From Tubiluchus corallicola (Eukaryota; Animalia; Priapulida), in the NCBI GenBank assembly GCA_030141605.1, contig JAQGDQ010001024.1:5353-69352 (forward strand): a stretch of 64,000 nucleotides of DNA. The letters run 5' to 3'. Made by a program: the position numbers and the translations under genes. The notes beneath the pieces are model-generated. The model was not told the DNA's origin. It saw only the letters and a program-made list of their open reading frames with translations, and searched no databases. Within the stretch, counting starts at the first letter, position 1, and the number at the start of each line of letters is the position of its first letter. Below are positions 1-23,723 of this stretch, in pieces.

Positions 1-198
1 AGTGGGCTTATACAAGCCTTTGCTTCTCTAGCCCACTGCAGTACAATTATTCTTTTATGATAACGATAGTGTATGAAACATAACAATTTAATATAGTAGA
101 TGTAATAATTTTGATGTCACTGTGTGCTTTATATTGTACTGAATGTGATAATAATAATAAATAAATAATAAATAAATTAAACGAACTCGCTTCCTTAC

Positions 199-12251
<12,053 letters not shown>

Positions 12252-12899
12252 GAAACTTCAGAGTCCACCGGCAAGACTGCTGTATAACACAAGATATTTT
12301 CATTTCTGAAAATTAAAAAAAGAAACAATTGATAATGATTAATCTTTTACTGAACAAAATTCTGATACAAAACTGTATTCAGAGTGTCTCCTTTTGCAGG
12401 CAGATGCTTACAAAAGTTTAAGTCATAAGTCAGTTATTTCACCTTACACATTTACAATGGTTACATATACAATATCTAGTGAAAGGGCCTACAATGGATA
12501 TAATACAAATAAGAAATACTGCACAGGAAAAGCCTCAAACACTGTTCACTTATACACGAAGGTAAATGTGTTGTGGGCAATCAAAAAGCAGGGCTTGTTA
12601 GATTGTCCCACACAGTGATAGAACAAAAAAAAAGTAATGGAGATAATCTGAAAATTTAAAGTGAATCGTGACAAAAAAACATTAGTGCTATCAAATAAAC
12701 AATAATAAATGGTACGAAACATCATTACAGATCTAACATACGTTATTTTATGTCACTTCCCGTAGCCTTGTAGAGACTATATTTCAACAGCTGAAAACAA
12801 GGTATTTCTCTACCTTACTATACGATAAATCTTCATTTTACTATAATACAATTTAACAGTTTAACAATTTTATTATTCGAGCAATACGACAATTTGATA

Positions 12900-13103
12900 T
12901 TATTATTATTGTTATTATTAGTTTATTTCGTATAAACTATACAGTTTACAAAGATAAAGATGTTAGTAAAACAGGTAATGCGATATTAGTAAAGTAACAT
13001 ATCTACAGACATTCAACTTTATAATAACCACACATTGTAGTTCCCTTGTAATTATATTACATTATACAGTGTTGCAAGAAGCTATAATAGATATCTTAAA
13101 ACA
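12900..13103 (-). mobile_element. Non-LTR retroelement 3' end with (TAA)n tail; other copies at 22740-22943 (-) and 62697-62895 (+)
   Basis: Reverse-complement homology to 62697-62895, which ends AATAAACTC(ATA)n. Confidence 0.7.
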
Positions 13104-13916
13104 TAATCTTTAAATGAGTTCTTAACCTTTAATTTTACATTTTCGTTTAGATCTACAGTACAACCATATTTAAATCTTAAATTTACTTGACTGTTATTTA
13201 CATAGTAGCATAGCTTTGGAATTCTCAATGAAATGGATGCAAAACCAAAAGTTTGTGTTCCTCCAAAAAGTTTCTTTATTCTGTAATAAATACAATGATT
13301 TGAAAGAGCAAATTTTAACAGGAGAAAATGAAACGAGCGTTTGAGCAATCAGGTTAGATACAACACAATATGAGATCTACAAGATACCATAAAGGTATTA
13401 CAGGAACACGCCGCAACAGCTATTGCTCACAAAAACTACATGGATCAAGTTTTAGCTGCAACATCAAATAAATACTTCACAAGTATTGAAATACAAGCTG
13501 AAAAACAAAACTGCCACTGCAATGAAATTAATTAATAATGACTTACGTTGTTAGAGCCTTTAGCAATTACACAGACAGAATGAGAACTCCAAGGAATCAA
13601 CAACAACGTTGTCACTACAATAAACTCGTAAGAGAGTTACAGACATAATGTTCAGACACAATGCAAGAGCAATGCCCGAGAGAATCAAAAGCCGGGTAAA
13701 ATGTCAGACAACTACTATAGCTAGAGCGAAAGATCAAAAAGCGAATATATTCAAGGATATTAGGTGCTTCAATTTTAAAAGAGTGACTACAGTAAAAGGC
13801 AAAAGTCTACTAAATAAACAAACAGGTGGCAGCACCGTGGCAGTAACTAAATAAAGACCAAAAGGGCCTATGCACCCGCTACACCGCCCCTCATTAAATG
13901 AGCAATTTACGAACAT

Positions 13917-16900
13917 TTAATCAATTTGGTAAACATTTTCATCAATACGTTCAAGTAAAACAATTTTGTGAATTGGTCTACGCAAGACAGAGTCACCCAT
14001 CCGAACCTCTACGGATCTAACTAAGCCATCCTTGCCAGGAAATACATTGTCTATTCGTGCCAGTTTCCAATGTCCTCTTGGTAAATTCTGGTCTGCAACA
14101 ATAACAATATCTCCAATCTTCAAATTTTGAGACCTATGGTGCCATTTCTGACGGCTTTGAAGCAATGGCAAGTATTCGGATACCCATTGCTTCCAGAAGA
14201 TGTCCGACAAATATTTAACTTGCCTCCAACGTTTTTTGTACAAATCAGTCTCAGAAAATTTACCAAAGGGCAATGTTGGACCACCTCTTAGAAGAAGAAT
14301 GTGATTGGGTGTAAGAGGCTGTAGGTCTCGTGGATCATCAGACACAATACTAAGCGGTCGACCATTTATGATGGCTTCTACTTGACAAAACAGAGTTATA
14401 AGACTGTCGTCATCTACTGTTTGCAGATTTGTAATGGAAGACATCACTTTGCGTACTGAACGTATCATACGTTCCCATACTCCTCCTTGATGTGAAGCTG
14501 AGGGTGTGTTGAATTTCCATTGGATATTCTGCTGACGTAAGGCAGTATCGATTTGCTCTTGATTCCAATTCTGAATTGCTTTCTTTAGCTCTTCATTAGC
14601 ACCAACGAAGTTTGTGCCACAGTCTGATCTGATGAGCTCGGGAACTCCTCTTCTGCTGATGAAACGAAATAGTCCGTTCAAAAAACTGTCAGTTTCCAAG
14701 GAAAACAAAAGTTCTAGGTGAATGGCTCTTGTTGCCAGACATGTGAACAGACAGCCGTAACGTTTCACTAGTGCACGGCCCCGTTTGGCAAGAAAGGGCC
14801 CGAAGCAGTCAACTCCTACTCTCAAAAATGGAGGGTTTCCAGACTCAAGCCTGTCATTGGGAAGGTCCGCCATCTTTTGACATTCTAGGCGAGCATCACG
14901 ACGCTTACAAATTGTACAGTTGGATAATAAACGCCTTACCATTGGCCTTGCCTTTATAATCCAGAATTTATCGCGAAGCTTTGCCATCACATGCTCTCTG
15001 CCTGAATGGCCAGTCCTTTCATGCATTTCTCTGATGATCAGAGAAACAACATGTTCATCTCTGGGAATTATAGGCTGGTGCTTGTGCTTGATTCTACCTC
15101 CTATACAAATTAGACCATTAGATGTTAGTATTGGATCAAGCTTGAAAAGGCAGCTAGACTGCAAAATCCTTTTAGCTGATCTTTGCTTGTTATCAGTTCT
15201 TGTAACATCCATGCTCAGATGTGTCAATGCAGCCTTTTCCTTCTGAAAATTAACATCTTGGAGATACATTATGATAGATTCCTCTGCTTCATCCAGCTCT
15301 TGAACTGTAAGCCTGCCAGTGTGAACCATCATATTTGGAGATTTTCTGACCCTTTGAAGTAGAATGCACTTCAATCTAAGGAGCCATGCAATGGCCTTCT
15401 TCAATCTGTACCAGGAAGAGAAGTGACGCATGAACAAAGAAAGTGGTTCCTGCCTATCTTTTGCTACTACTGTGTTCACCTTTATTCCTGCTGCATCAAG
15501 CTTTACCTCAAGGTCATCTGTGTTTTGAACATCAAAAGGAATTGTACACATACTAGTCCAGGTACTTGATGCATCCCACAGAAATTCTGGACCACTGAGC
15601 CAAACCTTATTATCAATAAGCTGTTGAGCACCTAGCCCTCTTGTAGCAATATCTGCTGGGTTCTTGTCACTTGCAATGTGATACCATTGACTTGGTGAAG
15701 ACTGCTCGTGAATGGCTAATAATCTATTTGCCACAAAGGTCTTGAAGCGTTTGTCCGAGTTATTGATATATCTTAGAACAATCATACTATCTGTCCAGAA
15801 GTATGTGTTTTCGATGCTTGGCTGTATTTCACGTCTCAATGTTTCGTCAATCTTTACACCCATAAGAGCCGCACACAGTTCCAGTCTGGGTATGGTAAGG
15901 GTCTTGAGTGGTGCTAACCGACATTTAGCGATGACAAAACTGCAGTAAATATGGTCAGTAACATCGACTAGGCGAAGATAAGCAACTGCTGCATAAGCAG
16001 CTTGTGAAGCATCTACGAAGACATGTAGTTCAGTAGTAAGAACACGTTCAAAGGACTTGGGCACAAAGCACCTGCTCATACCAAAATGGTCAAGGACAGG
16101 CAGATCGCTCAGCCATTTGCGCCAAAGTACCTGTGCTGTGTCTTCCAAAGGCTGATCCCATTCCCTTTTCAATCTACATTCGGACTGAAACAATAGCTTA
16201 GCCAATAAAACGTATGGACAAACTATTCCTAAAGGATCGTACACTGAACTCAGGGTGCTAAGCAAGCCTCTTTTTGTCATTGGTTTGTCCTTCACATTGG
16301 TGCTAACGCAAAGACGATCTGCGTCAACTTCCCAACACAAACCCAATGCTCTTTCCTGAGTAAGACTACCAGCATCAGTAGACAGGTCAACATTCCTTAC
16401 AGATTCAGCTCGCTCAGTCGGAGGTATGGTCTCCATGACTGCCTTGCTGTTTGAGACCCATTTCGTAATGTGAAAGCCTCCTCTAGCTAAGAGTAAAGTA
16501 AGTTGCTTTACAAATCTGATTGCATGTTCTTCCGTCCAAAATGACTTTAGACAGTCATCGACATAGAAGTTTTTCATGACTGCCTCAACAGCAACAGCAT
16601 CAAAGTCATTTTTGTTGTCTATAGCCGTTCGTTGAAGGACAAAATTAGCTGCACTGGGTGACCAAGTTCCTCCAAAAAGGTGACGAGTCATTCGATAAAC
16701 TCTTGGCTGCTCATTCAGGTTACCGCCAGGAAACCATAGAAACCATAAGGCATCTCGATGCTTAGGTGTGACTAAAACTTGATTGAACATTGCTTCCACA
16801 TCGGACATTACTGCAAAGTGTGCCTCCCGAAACCAAAGAAGAACTCCTATTAAGCAACTAGTCAAGTCTGGTCCTTGGAATACCTTCGTGTTCAAAGACA

Positions 16901-19205
16901 TATCATCACACTTGACTGAACAATCAAAAACTGTTCTGAGCTTAGGCTTTGTGGGAGTCTGAACACCATGGTGTGGTAGGTACCAAGTACACTCGGTAGG
17001 GGCAAAAGGATTATCAACTGCTTCAGTGAATCCCTTTTCAAAAAGGTCAACCATGTTTTTTAAGTATTTCTCACAAATAGTTGGATCCTTCTCAAGTTTT
17101 CTTTTTAAGAACATGAGACGTCTTTTTGCCATGTCAAAATTGTCTGGAAGACCAGGTGGGTATTCTTTGAATGGGATGTCCATCATGTAGTGACCATTCT
17201 CTTTCACAATGGATTGGTTCCATATTTCCAAGGTTCTTAGGTCATCCAGAGACATTTCAGGGACATCGCCTGTTCCATAAGAGTCTATGTGCCAAAAACA
17301 CTTGACTTGATCTGACAACTTATTGTCCGAGACAGTAAGATTCACAATCGCTTCTGGAATGAGTGCAGGTGGCAGAGGCATAGATAAGTTACCATTCACA
17401 GTCCATCCCAGAGGTGTTTTTATGGCATATGGGTCGCCAGATTTCCCAGCTCTTAATTCCAAAGGCATGAAGGCATCAGCATTATCTTGTCCAATTAGTA
17501 TCATCACATCCTCGTATGAATTGATACAAGGTAATGGAAGATCTTTCAAATGGTCCCATTGTTTAGCTTCCGAACGTGATATAACAGCATTTCTCAAAGA
17601 AGGGAATTTCTGTATAGCGTACACCTTTTCTAAATTAATGCTTTTCCCATCAGGCTGCACTTCTGGAAGAGGACAAACTTCTAAACTTATCTCATGGACT
17701 TCACAACTTGAACCATTATTCAATGTTGATAAGTTCAAAATCCTTTTGATACCTTTCAATCCCAAAGTAGCTAATAAATCACTTGAACAAAATGTTTTGT
17801 TGCTTCCGGGATCCAACAATGCATGTGTCACAATGGATTTTGTAGCAGTCTTAACAATAACCGAAACAACAGGTAAAGACAATTTAGCATTCTGCTGATA
17901 AGGCATTTGACAAACGCAACTAGTTGCTCCAGTTTCTGATTCAGATGCTTTCTCAGTGTTTGTTCTGTCACTGGTTTCTTTACCCGGGTTGTGGAACCAC
18001 AAATGCAATAGTTTGGAATGCTTGTCTTTACAACCATCCAATCCACAAGGAGGTCTGGAACACTTTCTGCTGAGATGTTTATAGCCTAAGCAATTAAAAC
18101 AAAGCCGCATCTGTCGAGCAAAGTTGAATCTCCCAGCATCATTGAGTTTCAAAAAATCTTTACATTTGTCAATGCGATGATTGTTCTCACAAAATGCACA
18201 CTTTGGTTGCAGTGGTTGTGGTGCTGCTCGGGAGGGCTCTCCTTGCAAAACAAATGCTTTAGCTTCTTTTTTCATTGGTTTCTCACTCTTTGCTTGAGCA
18301 TCTAGAACACCAAAGATAGGATCATTTATCTCCCGTGCTGCTCTATCTAGAAATTCTGAAAGTTGTTCGATCGCTGGATATCTGCCGTTTTGATCAAGAT
18401 ATTCAAGTGCCTTTGTCCTCCATCTTGACTGCAAAAACAGAGGCAGTCGTCTGACAATGGATACCATATTTCTTTTAGAATCCAATTCGTCAGTGCACTT
18501 CATAGCTTCAAGTGTGATCATATAACTTCGTAAGTCATCAGCAAACAACTGTAAGCTCCGCCTATCACTGGGTTTAATAGCTGGACCTTCTGTAAGCTTT
18601 TTTACCCAAGATTCCACAATCTGAAAGCTATTGCCGAATCTCTCTCGCAGTAACCTTCTAGCTCTAGGGTAGCCCGCTTCTGGTTCCAAAATAGTACAAC
18701 ATCGAATAACTTCTCTGGCTTCTCCATCACAATACTGCAGCAGCCTATTCAACTTGGAAGCGGCAGTCACATTGGCAGAATCCACCATCTGATCAAATGA
18801 ACGCATAAACAGCCAAAACTCAGAGGGGTGTCCTTTAAACTTTACGAGTTCAGAGCGAGGAAGTTGCATCATATCGACCAATTGTTGCATATCTGGTCTT
18901 GAAGCTTCCTGGTGACCTGTGGCCATTGTTGGTTGAAATTCCGTAGCCAAAGGGTTAAAATCATGAGTATAATCTGCTTGTTGCTGGACCCAATTTCTAG
19001 TTCGAGCCTCTGTTTCCAGAGGAAGTGGATAAGAAAGGTGGCCTTTATCAGCAGCTGGATCAGATCCAGAATTTCCTCCTTCAGAGATGGCTAGTACTTG
19101 CTCCTCAGCACTAGCTTTGGCAATATCTGTTTGCAGCTTTAGTGTTCTCTTCTTTTGTTGCAATTTGAGCTCTTCAACTTCAAGCTCATTCTGCTGTTCT
19201 ATCAT
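13917..19205 (-). CDS. BEL/Pao gag-pol polyprotein, 1762-aa open segment
   Basis: DUF1759-like gag (FKGHPSEF..F...F), three Cys/His knuckles (CAFC, CFNC, C..HSKLLH), protease ALLDPGS, RT NFYVDD, RNase H LHVFVDAS, integrase HHCC plus DCFGP/SDCGTNF/GGVWER, and the BEL C-terminal domain (WRQV.YL.D.FW). Confidence 0.96.
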   Translation of the reverse strand: MIEQQNELEVEELKLQQKKRTLKLQTDIAKASAEEQVLAISEGGNSGSDPAADKGHLSYPLPLETEARTRNWVQQQADYTHDFNPLATEFQPTMATGHQEASRPDMQQLVDMMQLPRSELVKFKGHPSEFWLFMRSFDQMVDSANVTAASKLNRLLQYCDGEAREVIRCCTILEPEAGYPRARRLLRERFGNSFQIVESWVKKLTEGPAIKPSDRRSLQLFADDLRSYMITLEAMKCTDELDSKRNMVSIVRRLPLFLQSRWRTKALEYLDQNGRYPAIEQLSEFLDRAAREINDPIFGVLDAQAKSEKPMKKEAKAFVLQGEPSRAAPQPLQPKCAFCENNHRIDKCKDFLKLNDAGRFNFARQMRLCFNCLGYKHLSRKCSRPPCGLDGCKDKHSKLLHLWFHNPGKETSDRTNTEKASESETGATSCVCQMPYQQNAKLSLPVVSVIVKTATKSIVTHALLDPGSNKTFCSSDLLATLGLKGIKRILNLSTLNNGSSCEVHEISLEVCPLPEVQPDGKSINLEKVYAIQKFPSLRNAVISRSEAKQWDHLKDLPLPCINSYEDVMILIGQDNADAFMPLELRAGKSGDPYAIKTPLGWTVNGNLSMPLPPALIPEAIVNLTVSDNKLSDQVKCFWHIDSYGTGDVPEMSLDDLRTLEIWNQSIVKENGHYMMDIPFKEYPPGLPDNFDMAKRRLMFLKRKLEKDPTICEKYLKNMVDLFEKGFTEAVDNPFAPTECTWYLPHHGVQTPTKPKLRTVFDCSVKCDDMSLNTKVFQGPDLTSCLIGVLLWFREAHFAVMSDVEAMFNQVLVTPKHRDALWFLWFPGGNLNEQPRVYRMTRHLFGGTWSPSAANFVLQRTAIDNKNDFDAVAVEAVMKNFYVDDCLKSFWTEEHAIRFVKQLTLLLARGGFHITKWVSNSKAVMETIPPTERAESVRNVDLSTDAGSLTQERALGLCWEVDADRLCVSTNVKDKPMTKRGLLSTLSSVYDPLGIVCPYVLLAKLLFQSECRLKREWDQPLEDTAQVLWRKWLSDLPVLDHFGMSRCFVPKSFERVLTTELHVFVDASQAAYAAVAYLRLVDVTDHIYCSFVIAKCRLAPLKTLTIPRLELCAALMGVKIDETLRREIQPSIENTYFWTDSMIVLRYINNSDKRFKTFVANRLLAIHEQSSPSQWYHIASDKNPADIATRGLGAQQLIDNKVWLSGPEFLWDASSTWTSMCTIPFDVQNTDDLEVKLDAAGIKVNTVVAKDRQEPLSLFMRHFSSWYRLKKAIAWLLRLKCILLQRVRKSPNMMVHTGRLTVQELDEAEESIIMYLQDVNFQKEKAALTHLSMDVTRTDNKQRSAKRILQSSCLFKLDPILTSNGLICIGGRIKHKHQPIIPRDEHVVSLIIREMHERTGHSGREHVMAKLRDKFWIIKARPMVRRLLSNCTICKRRDARLECQKMADLPNDRLESGNPPFLRVGVDCFGPFLAKRGRALVKRYGCLFTCLATRAIHLELLFSLETDSFLNGLFRFISRRGVPELIRSDCGTNFVGANEELKKAIQNWNQEQIDTALRQQNIQWKFNTPSASHQGGVWERMIRSVRKVMSSITNLQTVDDDSLITLFCQVEAIINGRPLSIVSDDPRDLQPLTPNHILLLRGGPTLPFGKFSETDLYKKRWRQVKYLSDIFWKQWVSEYLPLLQSRQKWHHRSQNLKIGDIVIVADQNLPRGHWKLARIDNVFPGKDGLVRSVEVRMGDSVLRRPIHKIVLLERIDENVYQID

Positions 19206-19725
19206 GTTGGCCTCAGCGATAAGAGCAGCTTTCTTAGCAGAAGCTCGAGCCTTGAAAGTACTGACTTTGCTGATCGTAGATTTGCTTGAAGATTTACCCC
19301 TTGAATATTTGAATGTTTCTTTAAAGACGTTGCACCTAATTGCTGTTGGTCTGGCAATACAACTGATTCAGGTGGCATTGTTGAGGAAGAACCCACAGGC
19401 GGAGGTGGAGCCATCAGTTCTGGAGCCACCGTCGACTCGAGGTATAGTCTTACTCTGGTTGCAGCAGACTCAACCTTGTTCATCACCTCCTCATAATAAT
19501 TCTGAGACTGTGATATCTCTTCTTGGCTCTCCAGCAAGCCATGATATTCCTGATGTAAAGTTTCAAAATCTTTAGCTAAATTATGTAACTCTTAGCTTCT
19601 TTCTTAAGATCGTCAGAAGCACATTCAGCTTCCATAAGCTGCCGGATGCGGTTTATCTTTTTTGTCACTAACGACTTGGCTGTACCTCTTGCACTTTTAC
19701 GTTCTTTAATTTCCTGAACACTCAT
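19206..19725 (-). pseudogene. Frameshifted N-terminal part of the BEL gag
   Basis: MSVQEIKERKSARGTAKSLVTKKIN (ATG 19725), the 19537-19202 ORF and the main ORF lie in three different frames, implying two frameshifts. Confidence 0.7.
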
Positions 19726-20889
19726 GATGCAGTTCACTATCCTACTACAAAACAAATTGCTGAACAATATTAATTACATAGCATTACAAATCAATATTTG
19801 GTATAGCATGAAGCGTCACTCGTGAATCTCTAACACAGTACAAATTATATCAAATCAGTATTAACTGTACGCAATGTCAAACACAAACTAGATAAACTAG
19901 TAATCTGCCAAAACAGATGTTAAGGACAACAAAACTATCAAAACCATTATAGCTGTAATATACTGAACAAAATAATTTGTACAAAATTGTTTAGAAACGT
20001 TTTCAGCATGAAATTAAACTGTTAAACGATATACGATGTAGTAGACACAACATTACGCAGCGATGAATCCCATTTCCGTTCAGCCAGGCACGGCGGTAGA
20101 CTCAAAGCGTGTGTAACACAGGTGAGAGGGCAGATCTAGGTCGTCCTTGAGCCTGCTCCATGTGACGTTCGTTGGCACCCTTGATCTCTTCTCCTGTCCT
20201 CCAGGTGTACTGACAACAGCCCAACAATAAAGGATGAAATGGATGCAAAACCAAAAGTTTGTGTTCCTCCAAAAAGTTTCTTTATTCTGTAATAAATACA
20301 ATGATTTGAAAGAGCAAATTTTAACAGGAGAAAATGAAACGAACGTTTGAGCAATCAGGTTAGATACAACACAATATGAGATCTACAAGATACCATAAAG
20401 GTATTACAGGAACACGCCGCAACAGCTATTGCTCACAAAAACTACATGGATCAAGTTTTAGCTGCAACATCAAATAAATACTTCACAAGTATTGAAATAC
20501 AAGCTGAAAAACAAAACTGCCACTGCAATGAAATTAATTAATAATGACTTACGTTGTTAGAGCCTTTAGCAATTACACAGACGGAATGAGAACTCCAAGG
20601 TATCAACAACAACGTTGTCACTACAATAAACTCGTAAGAGAGTTACAGACATAATGTTCAGACACAACACAAGAGCAATGGCCGAGAGAATCAAAAGCCG
20701 GGTAAAATGTCAGACAACTACTATAGCTAGAGCGAAAGATCAAAAAGCGAATATATTCAAGGATATTAGGTGCTTCAATTTTAAAAGAGTGACTACAGTA
20801 AAAGGCAAAAGTCTACTAAATAAACAAACAGGTGGCAGCACCGTGGCAGTAACTAAATAAAGACCAAAAGGGCCTATGCACCCGCTACA

Positions 20890-22396
20890 CCGCCCCTCAT
20901 TAAATGAGCAATTTACGAACATTTAATCAATTTGGTAAACATTTTCATCAATACGTTCAAGTAAAGCAATTTTGTGAATTGGTCTACGCAAGACAGAGTC
21001 ACCCATCCGAACCTCTACGGATCTAACTAAGCCATCCTTGCCAGGAAATACATTGTCTATTCGTGCCAGTTTCCAATGTCCTCTTGGTAAATTCTGGTCT
21101 GCAACAATAACAATATCTCCAATCTTCAAATTTTGAGACCTATGGTGCCATTTCTGACGGCTTTGAAGCAATGGCAAGTATTCGGATACCCATCGCTTCC
21201 AGAAGATGTCCGACAAATATTGAACTTGCCTCCAACGTTTTTTGTACAAATCAGTCTCAGAAAATTTACCAAAGGGCAATGTTGGACCACCTCTTAGAAG
21301 AAGAATGTGATTGGGTGTAAGAGGCTGTAGGTCTCGTGGATCATCAGACACAATACTAAGCGGTCGACCATTTATGATGGCTTCTACTTGACAAAACAGA
21401 GTTATAAGACTGTCGTCATCTACTGTTTGCAGATTTGCAATGGAAGACATCACTTTGCGTACTGAACGTATCATACGTTCCCATACTCCTCCTTGATGTG
21501 AAGCTGAGGGTGTGTTGAATTTCCATTGGATATTCTGCTGACGTAAGGCAGTATCGATTTGCTCTTGATTCCAATTCTGAATTGCTTTCTTTAGCTCTTC
21601 ATTAGCACCAACGAAGTTTGTGCCACAGTCTGATCTGATGAGCTCGGGAACTCCTCTTCTGCTGATGAAACGAAATAGTCCGTTCAAAAAACTGTCAGTT
21701 TCCAAGGAAAACAAAAGTTCTAGGTGAATGGCTCTTGTTGCCAGACATGTGAACAGACAGCCGTAACGTTTCACTAGTGCACGGCCCCGTTTGGCAAGAA
21801 AGGGCCCGAAGCAGTCAACTCCTACTCGCAAAAATGGAGGGTTTCCAGACTCAAGCCTGTCATTGGGAAGGTCCGCCATCTTTTGACATTCTAGGCGAGC
21901 ATCACGACGCTTACAAATTGTACAGCTGGATAATAAACGCCTTACCATTGGCCTTGCCTTTATAATCCAGAATTTATCGCGAAGCTTTGCCATCACATGC
22001 TCTCTGCCTGAATGGCCAGTCCTTTCATGCATTTCTCTGATGATCAGAGAAACAACATGTTCATCTCTGGGAATTATAGGCTGGTGCTTGTGCTTGATTC
22101 TACCTCCTATACAAATTAGACCATTAGATGTTAGTATTGGATCAAGCTTGAAAAGGCAGCTAGACTGCAAAATCCTTTTAGCTGATCTTTGCTTGTTATC
22201 AGTTCTTGTAACATCCATGCTCAGATGTGTCAATGCAGCCTTTTCCTTCTGAAAATTAACATCTTGGAGATACATTATGATAGATTCCTCTGCTTCATCC
22301 AGCTCTTGAACTGTAAGCCTGCCAGTGTGAACCATCATATTTGGAGATTTTCTGACCCTTTGAAGTAGAATGCACTTCAATCTAAGGAGCCATGCA
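20890..22396 (-). mobile_element. Second partial copy of the BEL internal region (integrase and 3' end; ORF 20923-22380)
   Basis: About 99% identical to 13884-15390 (offset 7006), including the polypurine tract. Confidence 0.95.
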
Positions 22397-23723
22397 CGAA
22401 GGTAAATGTGTTGCGGGCAATCAAAAAGCAGGGCTTGTTAGATTGTCCCACACAGTGATAGAACAAAAAAAAAGTAATGGAGATAATCTGAAAATTTAAA
22501 GTGAATCGTGATAAAAAAACATTAGTGCTATCAAATAAACAATAATAAATGGTACGAAACATCATTACAGATCTAACATACATTATTTTATGTCACTTCC
22601 CGTAGCCTTGTAGAGACTATATTTCAACAGCTGAAAACAAGGTATTTCTCTACCTTACTATACGATAAATCTTCATTTTACTATAATACAATTTAACAGT
22701 TTAACAATTTTATTATTCGAGCAATACGACAATTTGATATTATTATTATTGTTATTATTAGTTTATTTCGTATAAACTATACAGTTTACAAAGATAAAGA
22801 TGTTAGTAAAACAGGTAATGCGATATTAGTAAAGTAACATATCTACAGACATTCAACTTTATAATAACCACACATTGTAGTTCCCTTGTAATTATATTAC
22901 ATTATACAGTGTTGCAAGAAGCTATAATAGATATCTTAAAACATAATCTTTAAATGAGTTCTTAACCTTCAATTTTACATTTTCGTTTAGATCTACAGTA
23001 CAACAATATTTAAATCTTAAATTTACTTGACTGTTATTTACATAGTAGCATAGCTTTGGAATTCTCAATGAAATGGATGCAAAACCAAAAGTTTGTGTTC
23101 CTCCAAAAAGTTTCTTTATTCTGTAATAAATACAATGATTTGAAAGAGCAAATTTTAACAGGAGAAAATGAAACGAGCATTTGAGCAATCAGGTTAGATA
23201 CAACACAATATGAGATCTACAAGATACCATAAAGGTATTACAGGAACACGCCGCAACAGCTATTGCTCACAAAAACTACATGGATCAAGTTTTAGCTGCA
23301 ACATCAAATAAATACTTCACAAGTATTGAAATACAAGCTGAAAAACAAAACTGCCACTGCAATGAAATTAATTAATAATGACTTACGTTGTTAGAGCCTT
23401 TAGCAATTACACAGACGGAATGAGAACTCCAAGGAATCAACAACAACGTTGTCACTACAATAAACTCGTAAGAGAGTTACAGACATAATGTTCAGACACA
23501 ACGCAAGAGCAATGCCCGAGAGAATCAAAAGCCGGGTAAAATGTCAGACAACTACTATAGCTAGAGCGAAAGATCAAAAAGCGAATATATTCAAGGATAT
23601 TAGGTGCTTCAATTTTAAAAGAGTGACTACAGTAAAAGGCAAAAGTCTACTAAATAAACAAACAGGTGGCAGCACCGTGGCAGTAACTAAATAAAGACCA
23701 AAAGGGCCTATGCACCCGCTACA
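22395..23723 (+). repeat. Direct duplication of 12555-13883 (host flank plus LTR)
   Basis: Offset 9840, near-identical; 2-bp CA microhomology at the junction. Confidence 0.95.
23069..23723 (-). mobile_element. BEL solo-type LTR (third copy) flanked by TSD CTCAA
   Basis: CTCAA at 23064-23068 and 23724-23728, and also at 13224-13228. Confidence 0.92.

Larger units (their letters stand above)
13229..20889 (-). mobile_element. BEL/Pao LTR retrotransposon, full length (LTRs 13229-13883 and 20235-20889)
   Basis: 655-bp TG...CA direct repeats about 99% identical; polypurine tract AATGAGGGGCGG next to the 3' LTR; BEL domain order gag-PR-RT-RH-IN. Confidence 0.96.

Noticed and set aside
13082-13916. 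Env-like or accessory ORFs in the BEL LTR region
   Set aside because: Short ORFs within the LTR and flank; the polypurine tract follows the pol stop within about 20 nt, leaving no room for env.
14771-19575. Plus-strand ORFs overlapping the BEL polyprotein (for example 17323-17898 and 19087-19575)
   Set aside because: Antisense shadows of the long ORF with no recognisable motifs.
20037-20234. Extension of the LTR to 853 bp (TGTAG...CTACA)
   Set aside because: Not present in the other two LTR copies, whose TG end abuts the CTCAA TSD; a 5-bp match can arise by chance. Left as an alternative.
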